NCBI GenBank assembly: GCA_051382295.1
Contig: JBBCAW010000083.1
Coordinates: 1 to 38,328, forward strand
Direction: 5' to 3'
Length of the DNA stretch: 38,328 nucleotides
DNA from: Bdellovibrionota bacterium FG-1
GTDB lineage: Bacteria; Bdellovibrionota; UBA1018
The notes beneath the pieces are model-generated. The model was not told the origin of the DNA. It did not search any database and saw only the letters and a list, made by a program, of their open reading frames with translations. The translations under genes were made by a program, and so were the position numbers. Position 1 is the first letter of the stretch; each line of letters starts with the position of its first letter. Below, one piece after another: positions 8,379 through 16,279 of the stretch.

Positions 8379-9853
8379 TTTTAGTACGCACCAACATTTA
8401 CAAAAAGAAGGAGCGTAGCGGCCGCATCGTGTGGATGGTGAGGTGGAAGGATCCTAAAACCGGAAAGTGGCAGGCGGCTAAGGGTGGGGATGACGAGGCC
8501 GAGGCGGTCGCCTATGAAACCCGAGTGAGAGAATGTTTATTTCGAGGTGAGAACCCTATTTGGGAAGGAAAACCAGAAGAACCTCGACCAACAGTCCGGG
8601 CTGTCGCCGATCAACTTTATCAAAGCACCCGATTTCTCGGGGGTACCGAAGAATGGCAGGATGCTGTTCGTAGTAAAATTGAAGGGCAAATCATTCCGCA
8701 CCTGGGATCCGTGGTTTTTGAAGATCTTACCGAAGAACAAATTTTTAGTTTTTATCTTAAACTCAAAGCAGAAGGACGGACCCACACCACTCTTCATAAA
8801 TATCACATCGTCATGGCGCTGCTGGGAACGATCTATGAGGCTGGAACGGGTCGAACGCAAAATCCAGTGCGGTCTTGCCGTGATTTTCGAAAGCGTTTTC
8901 CACGTCAGGCCTCCAGCAGGGATATCAATTTTATTACGCCACAGGAGCTCACTCTTTTGTACGCCGCTGCTTCCAAGTCGAGAAATCGACTTCTTCTTCC
9001 TCTGATTCAGTTTCTTGCAAATACCGGCTTACGGCGAATGGAGGCCCTCGACCTCAAATGGACCGACGTTGACGAGAATTCCGGCTTTATTCATGTGCGT
9101 GACAGTAAGAATGGAAAGGCAAGAACGATACCGCTCGATGTTGATGCTCGCCTTGCGCTCAGGGGTCTCATCAAGAGATCCGACTATATTTTTGTGAATG
9201 AAAAGGGTGAGCGCTATTATCGGGACTCTTTTTTAAAACCCCTCCAAGGGGCTGCCCGACAAGCCGGGATTAATAAACGAGTCGACCTTCACAGCCTTCG
9301 ACACAGCTATGGATCGAATAAGATCCGAATGGGTTGGGGATTGAAAAAGGTGTCACGACTCCTGGGGCACTCCAGTATTGAAATCACCTCAAAAGTTTAC
9401 ACCCATCTATTGGATGGCGATCTTAAGGTAAGTGATGACGCGCGATTCGCCTTTGACAACAAACTTGAATCGGCTGATATTGATCAATCGGAAGGGGATA
9501 CTGCCAGCACTATGGCGAGCGCACTTGCAAAAATGCTTACCGAAAAGCTAACAGAAAGCCCGCTTGGCCGAGAGGCACTCCTGCAGATTCTTCAGACATT
9601 GCCCTCTAGCGACAAATCCCGAGACTTTCAGCAACTTCCTGCGACTTCTAGCCAGATCCAGCCCGATTTCCAAGAATCGGCCCAAACCGCCCCTCTTGCT
9701 ACGCTAATGCTACGCAAAAGCAAAAAGCGCCCCGGGGTGCCCCCAGCAGCGCTTGGTGTTGTCTCTGATTTCTCTTTGATTTCAGCTATTTCAAATGGCG
9801 GACCCGAGAGGGTTCGAACCTCTGACCTTCGCATCCGTAGTGCGACGCTCTAA
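8375..9853 (+). CDS. Tyrosine recombinase (integrase) with ~130-aa C-terminal extension ending inside the tRNA
   Basis: TGLRRME (R), SKNG (K), HSLRH, LLGH, KVYTH (Y) catalytic motifs; N-terminal arm-binding-like region; 492 aa. Confidence 0.93.
   Translation: MILVRTNIYKKKERSGRIVWMVRWKDPKTGKWQAAKGGDDEAEAVAYETRVRECLFRGENPIWEGKPEEPRPTVRAVADQLYQSTRFLGGTEEWQDAVRSKIEGQIIPHLGSVVFEDLTEEQIFSFYLKLKAEGRTHTTLHKYHIVMALLGTIYEAGTGRTQNPVRSCRDFRKRFPRQASSRDINFITPQELTLLYAAASKSRNRLLLPLIQFLANTGLRRMEALDLKWTDVDENSGFIHVRDSKNGKARTIPLDVDARLALRGLIKRSDYIFVNEKGERYYRDSFLKPLQGAARQAGINKRVDLHSLRHSYGSNKIRMGWGLKKVSRLLGHSSIEITSKVYTHLLDGDLKVSDDARFAFDNKLESADIDQSEGDTASTMASALAKMLTEKLTESPLGREALLQILQTLPSSDKSRDFQQLPATSSQIQPDFQESAQTAPLATLMLRKSKKRPGVPPAALGVVSDFSLISAISNGGPERVRTSDLRIRSATL
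9697..9715 (+). repeat. Tandem TGCTACGC direct repeats, candidate integrase arm-type sites
   Basis: TGCTACGC at 9697-9704 and 9708-9715 (11-bp period), ~80 bp from the tRNA 3' end. Confidence 0.45.
9722..9754 (-). terminator. Possible intrinsic terminator downstream of tRNA-Arg
   Basis: Stem AAGCGC/GCGCTT (9725-9730/9749-9754) with inner GGGG/CCCC, ending in a T run on the minus strand. Confidence 0.4.
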
Positions 9854-9873
9854 TCCAACTGAGCTACGGGTCC
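9796..9873 (-). tRNA. tRNA-Arg (anticodon ACG), CCA encoded
   Basis: Minus strand: GGACCCG acceptor stem, GCTC/GAGC D-arm, TCGCA-CTACGGA-TGCGA anticodon arm, AGAGG-TTCGAAC-CCTCT T-arm, CGGGTCC-G-CCA; 78 nt. Confidence 0.97.
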
Positions 9874-9965
9874 GCATACTTTGACTTCAAAGAGAGTGTT
9901 TGATTACACTACTTGGGTGTCCTGCGCAATAAGCGGATCAAAGCGGGCTAAGTTTTTTTACTATC

Positions 9966-9993
9966 TTGATAAAATTAAAATAAATCATATACT
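9966..9993 (+). promoter_or_regulatory. Putative sigma70 promoter
   Basis: TTGATA-N16-TATACT in an AT-rich intergenic region upstream of ATG 10022. Confidence 0.45.
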
Positions 9994-10021
9994 TAATGAG
10001 AGGGGAAGTAAGCACACGACT

Positions 10022-10489
10022 ATGATTGGCCACCCTTGCAGACATCAGCAGCTCGGTTTAGGGCTCGTTATCGCAATGAGTAGCTTGACGCTCGCATGTG
10101 GCAATAATCCGGGATCGGTCTCTCAGGAATCGCCCGCAGCCTCGGATACCTCCTGCGTGAGCGGGCAGGCCCAAATTGCGATTCGCGATGGGTTTCTTCA
10201 AAATCTTTGCGGATGCAACGAGTCGGCGGGACAATTGATCCCCACTCAACAGGGCACGTTGATCTGCACCGTTCCTTCGGGGGTGACGGTGTTTTTTCAT
10301 TATCTTGGCACTTCGCTCAAACATGAGATTGTGTCGACCGGGAGTCCTGCTTTTTTGTCCAGCCCGCCGAGCGACCCCAAAGCAATACTTTCTCTTCCAA
10401 CGCACGTCGTTCAATTTGCAAATCCGGGCACCTACAGCTTTGAGGACGCGTTCGACACGGGTCTACAGGGACAAATCATCGTCCACTGA
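10022..10489 (+). CDS. Lipoprotein with cupredoxin-like fold, copper ligands degenerate
   Basis: Lipobox LTLAC; HEIVS and FANPGTYSFEDAFDTGLQGQIIVH resemble a cupredoxin C-terminus lacking Cys/His/Met. Confidence 0.55.
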   Translation: MIGHPCRHQQLGLGLVIAMSSLTLACGNNPGSVSQESPAASDTSCVSGQAQIAIRDGFLQNLCGCNESAGQLIPTQQGTLICTVPSGVTVFFHYLGTSLKHEIVSTGSPAFLSSPPSDPKAILSLPTHVVQFANPGTYSFEDAFDTGLQGQIIVH

Positions 10490-10600
10490 TGGTTTCGTGC
10501 TTGAATCCTACCGACGGTGATGGTTTTTTATAAGGCATATCTGTCGTTATGCGATGGAGCCGGAGCTAAGGTTGGTTTCGGGCAAGCTAAAGGTAGGCTG

Positions 10601-13351
10601 ATGAAACGACATCTGGTTTGGTGTGTGGGGATGGGTCTGCTTGGCGCGGTGAGCGTTCAGGCCAAATCAACGGTTCCGCCAGCGCTGCAGTCGTTGCTGC
10701 GATTTCACCCCGGCTGGGTGACGCGCTCAGTGACTAGCCATGATCCATCGGGTGGGAACGGCGATGGTAATGGCAACGGCATTAAGGCCGAAGGAGATTA
10801 CCAGGTCTTATTTCACGCAAAAGGTGAGGGCCGAGTCACCCGGCTTTGGATGACTGCCCATTGGGATGAAGAAGTTCCAAAAGACTGGCAGGAACTCTGG
10901 ATCGTGATCGACGGACAGACCGCTTACCGTGGGAACCCCGCTGATTATTTTGCAGGACGCGGACCCTGGCAAGCCCCGCTGGTGATGGATTATCAACAGT
11001 CGTCAGGTGGCTATGTGAGCTATGTGCCCTTTGCATTTTCGCATGAGGCTAAAATCCTCTTTAAAGGGATACCCCACTATTTTCAGGTGAATTATCGTCA
11101 GGGTGCGGGTTCGGCGGAAGGACCATCGGCAAGTGAACTCTCGAGGCTGATGAGTGAACATTGGTGGGCCGCGACCGAAGCAAAGCCCCAACAACCGTTG
11201 CATGTGGCTCCCGGAGGAACCGTTTTGGCTGCGGGGCCCGTGACCGTTGAAGATCTGTCTATCACCATTGCGCCGCAGGATCTTTCTCGTCTGCAAATTA
11301 AAATCGGGGAGCAAAAACCAGTTCCGCTTTCTTTCTTTTTTGGTTTAGGAAGCACAGGTCTTGAGCCCCTGGATGGAGGATGGGGTGATGTGACGAGCAT
11401 CATTCATCACGTCGACGCTCAAACGCACCGTTTTTCGACGCGGTTGCCTATTCCTTTGCAGGCCGGAGAGCGATTGGTCATTGAAACCCGGGATCACCAA
11501 GATGCCGCTGTTCAATATCAGCTGGCCCAAACTCAAGCCCTATTTCCTGGCGTGCATTTAGTGGCCCAATACCGCGATCAAATGGGCTCGGGCTTGGAAA
11601 CCACTCTTCCTTTTTTTGAATCGCAGGGACCCACGCAGTTCGTTTCGTTGATTGAAGAAATTACGGATGGGCAAAAGGGCAGTCGTCAGTTTCTTGAGGG
11701 AGACGAGATGATCCGTACGGATCGGATGAGCTATCCTGTGCAACTTGGAACTGGAACCGAGGATTACTTTAATGGTGGGTGGTATTTCCTCAATGGCTTT
11801 AGTAATCCGATGTCGGGCCTCACTCGTTTTGTGGTCAACGATCCCGAAGACGACTGGGCTCATGCGCTTTATGAGCATTCGCTTTACCGCAATCATGTTG
11901 CTGATGTGATTGTCAGTCGGGGTCCGATGCGTTTTGGCTTCGAAGCCGGAGATCTGGGTGCCTATCAGCCCGTACGGTATCGCACTCTGGGGTTGGCTTA
12001 TTCCTTTGATCGATGGTCATCTTCTCTTCGCATGGATGTAGCGCTCGATCGAGTGACCACTCTCGGACGCTCAAGTGAGAGTTTGGTCAGCTCGGCTGTG
12101 GATGCGGAGCGGTTGCAGCCGATTCAGAATTTTAGGGTCCGAACGGGGTTGGGGCGCTCACAATTTAAAGTCGGTTGTCCGACTCATCAAACTCCGGCTG
12201 GATTGTTCTTAATGAGAACCTATGATGCAGCCCGCGGAGATCAAGAAGCCCGGTTGTCCGTCAATGGTCGAGCCGTGGGAACTTTGTTTGAGGCTTATGC
12301 CAATTCTGTTCGTCGTTTTGCGCAAGACGGGATTTGGGTAGACTTATTGCCCTTAGATTGTCCTAAAGGTGCAAACGGGGTCATGACATTTGAACTTGAC
12401 TCGAGCCATTCGGCTGCAGACTGGACCGAGGCGTCCTATGAGGTCACTTGGTATAATGACACAGGGGCAGCTGACGAAGGGACTCCGCTCAGACAGGGAG
12501 ATGCCTTTCAAATTTTAGATACCTCTTCAGTCGACGGTGGCCCGCATTATGTCAACGACCATAGCCTGGTTCAGGGCAAGGACGGCCGATGGCACCTCTA
12601 TGGTATTTATCATCAGGAGCCGTTTGATCCCGAACATGAGTTTGATTTTGTGCATGCGGCGTCTACGCAACCCACCGAGAATTTGAGTGCGGACCTCAGC
12701 ACAATGAAACTTTCGGTTGAGGGGATTGTGCTGACAAAAGACGCTTCCATTGGAGAGCATCATCTTTGGGCGCCGCATATTATTCAAGAGGGTGACCGCT
12801 ATCTGATGGCCTACCAGAGTGGGGGGATAGACAATGATCAGGCCCAAATTCGATTGGCGACCTCATCAGATCTAACTCATTGGGCACGTGTGGGGTCAGA
12901 ACCCTTATTTACGGATATCTGTGTCGCCCGCGATCCGATGATCAAAAAATGGGGTGATCTTTGGACCCTTTATTACACTCGGTGCGATGACATCCATTCG
13001 CGCCGAAGTGGCGTCGCCTATCGGACATCTCTGGATTTGATTCATTGGAGCGAGCCCAAAATGGCGCTGGTTTTGAGTGAAACTCCAGAAATGTTTAATT
13101 CGGGTTATACGGAGTCGCCCTTTGTCTTTGAAAAGGACGGTTGGTACTATCTTTCGGTGACGTCTTATCCGATCGAGTGGAATGCCACGATGGTTTATCG
13201 CTCACGATCTCCTTTTTCGTTTCCGGCTTCACTTTTTTCCCGTCTGGAAGCGCATGCCGCGGAGTGGCTTTCCGACCCAGATGGCGGACTTTGGATGACT
13301 TCGGCAGGGACGGGGCAGGGCGGTGTGTGGATGGCGAAGGTCTTTCGTTAG
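10601..13351 (+). CDS. Secreted bimodular glycoside hydrolase: DUF2961/GH172 plus C-terminal GH32/GH43-like five-bladed propeller
   Basis: 916 aa; signal peptide MKRHLVWC...VQA; LEGDE and GTGTEDYFNGGWYF (DUF2961); YVNDH, LWAPH, ARDP, TESP (furanosidase propeller). Confidence 0.8.
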   Translation: MKRHLVWCVGMGLLGAVSVQAKSTVPPALQSLLRFHPGWVTRSVTSHDPSGGNGDGNGNGIKAEGDYQVLFHAKGEGRVTRLWMTAHWDEEVPKDWQELWIVIDGQTAYRGNPADYFAGRGPWQAPLVMDYQQSSGGYVSYVPFAFSHEAKILFKGIPHYFQVNYRQGAGSAEGPSASELSRLMSEHWWAATEAKPQQPLHVAPGGTVLAAGPVTVEDLSITIAPQDLSRLQIKIGEQKPVPLSFFFGLGSTGLEPLDGGWGDVTSIIHHVDAQTHRFSTRLPIPLQAGERLVIETRDHQDAAVQYQLAQTQALFPGVHLVAQYRDQMGSGLETTLPFFESQGPTQFVSLIEEITDGQKGSRQFLEGDEMIRTDRMSYPVQLGTGTEDYFNGGWYFLNGFSNPMSGLTRFVVNDPEDDWAHALYEHSLYRNHVADVIVSRGPMRFGFEAGDLGAYQPVRYRTLGLAYSFDRWSSSLRMDVALDRVTTLGRSSESLVSSAVDAERLQPIQNFRVRTGLGRSQFKVGCPTHQTPAGLFLMRTYDAARGDQEARLSVNGRAVGTLFEAYANSVRRFAQDGIWVDLLPLDCPKGANGVMTFELDSSHSAADWTEASYEVTWYNDTGAADEGTPLRQGDAFQILDTSSVDGGPHYVNDHSLVQGKDGRWHLYGIYHQEPFDPEHEFDFVHAASTQPTENLSADLSTMKLSVEGIVLTKDASIGEHHLWAPHIIQEGDRYLMAYQSGGIDNDQAQIRLATSSDLTHWARVGSEPLFTDICVARDPMIKKWGDLWTLYYTRCDDIHSRRSGVAYRTSLDLIHWSEPKMALVLSETPEMFNSGYTESPFVFEKDGWYYLSVTSYPIEWNATMVYRSRSPFSFPASLFSRLEAHAAEWLSDPDGGLWMTSAGTGQGGVWMAKVFR

Positions 13352-13356
13352 CGGGG

Positions 13357-14538
13357 TTAGTACCCCTGCTCACGGCTCACACCAGCAAGCAAAAGTCTCA
13401 AGTCATCCGGATTATTCGAAGCTTTGACGGCGTCTTCAATCCGGATGGCGCCACTAGTCACCAAGCTTTCCAGGGCCTGATTCATCGAGCGCATTTGGTA
13501 GTAGTGGTTTGAGGTGGCGATCGCTTCGGGTATGCGGGCCAGCTCGTCATTCAAAATATATTGCTCAATGGCTGGGGATTTAACCATCACCTCGCTCACG
13601 CAAATTCGGCCCGTTCCGTCTGCTTTGACCAAAAGTTGTTGCGAAACCACCCCGATCAGCGCGGCGGACAACTGAATGCGCACTTGCGCCTGGCCATCCG
13701 AAGGAAAACCGTCGATGATTCTGTCAATCGTACTTCGCGCGTCGTTGGTGTGGAGCGTGGAAATCACGAGGTGCCCGGTTTCGGCGGCGGTGAGAGCGCC
13801 TTGAATCATTTCTTTGTCCCGAAGTTCTCCAATGACAATGACATCGGGGTCCTGTCTCAGGCCACCATAAAGCCCCTCATGGAGGGAGAGGACGTCTGAA
13901 CCGACTTCACGTTGACTGATCGTGGCCTTGAGATCTTTGTGCACAAATTCAATAGGATCTTCAATCGTCAAGATATGGGAATGGCTGGATTCGTTGATAT
14001 GTTGAACGATCGCCGCGAGGGTGGTTGATTTTCCGCTGCCGGTAGAGCCGGTAATCAAAAGAAGGCCGCGTTGACGAAAGCACAGTTCTTTTAGAACCTC
14101 GGGAACACCCAGTGAATCCAACCGGGGAACCGTCAAAGGCACCATGCGGATGGCCGCAGCAAGTTGTCCTTTTTGAAAATAAACATTGCATCGAAATCGG
14201 CCTAAATCTTCCACCCGAAAGGACAGGTCGACTTGTCGTTTTTCGTCGAGTTCTATTTTTTGGCGTTGCGAGAGGACTGCAAAAATAACGTGTTGAATTT
14301 GGCGTTCGTTGAGTTCCGCCATTTTTGCAGGCACCACTTTGCCGTTAATTCGATAAAGCGGGGGGCGGCCAGGCTTGAGATGGAGGTCCGAGGCATTGTA
14401 TTTGAGCAGTGCCCGAATCAAGTACTTGATGTCGATCCGTGGATCAATTTGGCCCACTTGGGGCTGCGTGGCTTTTTCGGCGTCCTTCTCAACGACTGCT
14501 AATGCGACACGAGTTCCGGGTGAGTGGGATTCATTCAT
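13357..14538 (-). CDS. PilT/PilU-family type IV pilus retraction ATPase
   Basis: ASDLH, GSTGSGKST, TIEDPIE, LRQDPDVIVIGELRD, AAETGHLVISTLH; canonical AIRNLIRE replaced by AIEQYILN. Confidence 0.93.
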   Translation of the reverse strand: MNESHSPGTRVALAVVEKDAEKATQPQVGQIDPRIDIKYLIRALLKYNASDLHLKPGRPPLYRINGKVVPAKMAELNERQIQHVIFAVLSQRQKIELDEKRQVDLSFRVEDLGRFRCNVYFQKGQLAAAIRMVPLTVPRLDSLGVPEVLKELCFRQRGLLLITGSTGSGKSTTLAAIVQHINESSHSHILTIEDPIEFVHKDLKATISQREVGSDVLSLHEGLYGGLRQDPDVIVIGELRDKEMIQGALTAAETGHLVISTLHTNDARSTIDRIIDGFPSDGQAQVRIQLSAALIGVVSQQLLVKADGTGRICVSEVMVKSPAIEQYILNDELARIPEAIATSNHYYQMRSMNQALESLVTSGAIRIEDAVKASNNPDDLRLLLAGVSREQGY

Positions 14539-14566
14539 GTGATGGGCTATCCATGTCCTTGTCTAA

Positions 14567-14594
14567 GTATCGGCAACATGTGAGAATACCTTGA
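14567..14594 (-). promoter_or_regulatory. Putative sigma28 (FliA) promoter for the PilT/PilU gene
   Basis: Minus strand TCAAG-N15-GCCGATAC, 28 nt upstream of the ATG. Confidence 0.6.
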
Positions 14595-14595
14595 G

Positions 14596-15063
14596 ATGAT
14601 GCAGACACAATCTGCCCTGATCGCCTTTACGGTATTGGTAACCTCAGCGTGGGCGTTGGGGGGCTGCGGTAATGTCACTTTGGGCGGCGGCGCAAGTCCG
14701 AATGACGCTGTTCCGTCAGGGGTGATCGTGTTCCAAGGCCAGTTTTTGGGTCAAAATGGCCGCACCGTGAGCGGTACCGTGAGCGTTTATAAAACCAATT
14801 GTGGTGCCTCAACTTGTGATTTTGTTTTGCGCCTTCAAAATTTATCTGCTCCAACCGACGCCGGTTTGACAGTCGTCGTTACGATCAATGGTGCTGTCTC
14901 GACCACGCAGCCGCCTTTGCGAGCCGCTACTGGTAATCAAAATTACAATTTTACAAGTGGGGTTGCGGGGGCCAGCTGGAACCAAGTGGCCATTCGGGTC
15001 GCCCCCACGGCAAATAATTATGACTATGGACTGGCAACACTCACTGCGGTCGCGGGCACTTAG
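14596..15063 (+). CDS. DM13-like domain lipoprotein
   Basis: Lipobox LGGC; GQFLG..VSGTVSV, LRLQNL, LRAATGNQNY, YGLATL pattern. Confidence 0.65.
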   Translation: MMQTQSALIAFTVLVTSAWALGGCGNVTLGGGASPNDAVPSGVIVFQGQFLGQNGRTVSGTVSVYKTNCGASTCDFVLRLQNLSAPTDAGLTVVVTINGAVSTTQPPLRAATGNQNYNFTSGVAGASWNQVAIRVAPTANNYDYGLATLTAVAGT

Positions 15064-15518
15064 GGGAGTGAAAGTTCGTTTTTGTATTCGACGAGTTCTT
15101 TGAGGTTGCGGACGTCGCTAATGAGCCATTTTCCGTTTTGGTGCACCATTTGGGCTAACTTTCGATTCGTAATTTTGGCTTCATTCGTCTGATAGGTCAG
15201 TTCATAGGTGATGTTGACCTCCTCCGCCGAAACGGATTTAAGCTCTTTAAAGGCTAATTTGATGAATTGCCGTTTCGATTCCACAAAAGCTTGCCGAAAC
15301 TGCTCGTCGCTCCAACTTTCAATCCGGACTTTGGATTCTCCGGTCAGAAAGGTCGCGAGTTCTTTTCGGTCTTGGGGTCCTTTTACGGCAAAACTCTGAG
15401 AAATATAGCTATTTAGGCGACCCTTGGGGTCTTCGGGCGATTCTGTTTTGTGAGTACAGGCGGCCGGTAAAAAGACCAAGGCCAGCGCAAACCAAGCGAC
15501 CGCTTTGTTAAAGATCAT
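15060..15518 (-). CDS. Hypothetical lipoprotein (NTF2-like fold possible)
   Basis: Lipobox LPAAC; ITYELTY...MVHQNGKWLISDV; SD-like GGTGAGG upstream. Confidence 0.65.
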   Translation of the reverse strand: MIFNKAVAWFALALVFLPAACTHKTESPEDPKGRLNSYISQSFAVKGPQDRKELATFLTGESKVRIESWSDEQFRQAFVESKRQFIKLAFKELKSVSAEEVNITYELTYQTNEAKITNRKLAQMVHQNGKWLISDVRNLKELVEYKNELSLP

Positions 15519-16239
15519 AACCCTCACCTTTCAAGGTTTCGATGAAATCACCGAGTTTTTTTTGTGTATCAGATGATACGTCTTTGAATTGAAATCCGAT
15601 TCCCCGATGACCATGGAGCGCGCGAATGGCTAAAGCGTGGCAGCTCACTGTGTGGTCCCGAAAGCTTAGGATGAGTTCTGACCGAGTTTTGGCTTGCACG
15701 GTGGAAAAGATCCCCTTTTGTTCCGTTTGAGGGTGCGAGCTGAACACAAAGGTTCCTTCGCGGTCGAGGCGGCTGACGCGGCAGTCTACCGCGTGGTCGT
15801 CCCAATGAACTTGGCAACTCACTCCGGGTAAGGGTCTAGGTAAGCCCTGATACCATTTGAGATGCGGGTCAAAAAAAGAGCGCCTCAGTTCAAAACGGGC
15901 CCAAAAAATCCAGGCACCAAAAATTCCAAGTAACAGAAGCGTAAAAAACCCCAACGAGGGGTTTCGGATCCGAAGGGCAGTCCCAGTATTGAGGATGATC
16001 CAAGCGGCTAAAAACCACTGAGCAAATCGAAAGCCCCAGGGGTTTCCTCGTGCGATCCAAACAGAAAGCGGCAGGCAAATAAGCGTCATGGCCAAAGACC
16101 AAATTCCGATACTCCGATAGGGCAGGTGCCACCAGTGGGCCTGGGTGATCAGAATGACTTCGAACGTAGCCAGCGGAATACAAAAAAATAAAAGAGCGGC
16201 GCATCGTCGTAATGGGGTGGGAATCAAAATGACTCTCAT
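15508..16239 (-). CDS. Membrane protein with C-terminal non-canonical PilZ-like domain
   Basis: Four hydrophobic segments, then CRVSRLDREGTFV...GIGFQF; RxxxR and DxSxxG motifs degenerate. Confidence 0.65.
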   Translation of the reverse strand: MRVILIPTPLRRCAALLFFCIPLATFEVILITQAHWWHLPYRSIGIWSLAMTLICLPLSVWIARGNPWGFRFAQWFLAAWIILNTGTALRIRNPSLGFFTLLLLGIFGAWIFWARFELRRSFFDPHLKWYQGLPRPLPGVSCQVHWDDHAVDCRVSRLDREGTFVFSSHPQTEQKGIFSTVQAKTRSELILSFRDHTVSCHALAIRALHGHRGIGFQFKDVSSDTQKKLGDFIETLKGEGYDL

Positions 16240-16246
16240 AGCTACC

Positions 16247-16275
16247 ATTATAGGGCCCCGATGTGTTATCCACAA
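16247..16275 (-). promoter_or_regulatory. Putative sigma70 promoter overlapping a perfect DnaA box
   Basis: Minus strand TTGTGG-N17-TATAAT-N7-ATG; TTATCCACA at 16266-16274 on the plus strand. Confidence 0.55.
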
Positions 16276-16279
16276 GGTG

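Larger units (their letters stand above)
1..9873 (+). mobile_element. Right-hand part of an integrative conjugative element (ICE) integrated at tRNA-Arg(ACG); other end lies upstream of the window
   Basis: Co-oriented T4SS-like genes, relaxase, VirD4-like ATPase, excisionase and tyrosine integrase abutting the 3' end of a tRNA gene; the second att copy is not in the window. Confidence 0.8.

Noticed and set aside
9453..9481. TTGACA followed by a weak -10 inside the integrase tail
   Set aside because: The -10 (TGATAT/GATATT) is poor; cannot be distinguished from chance.
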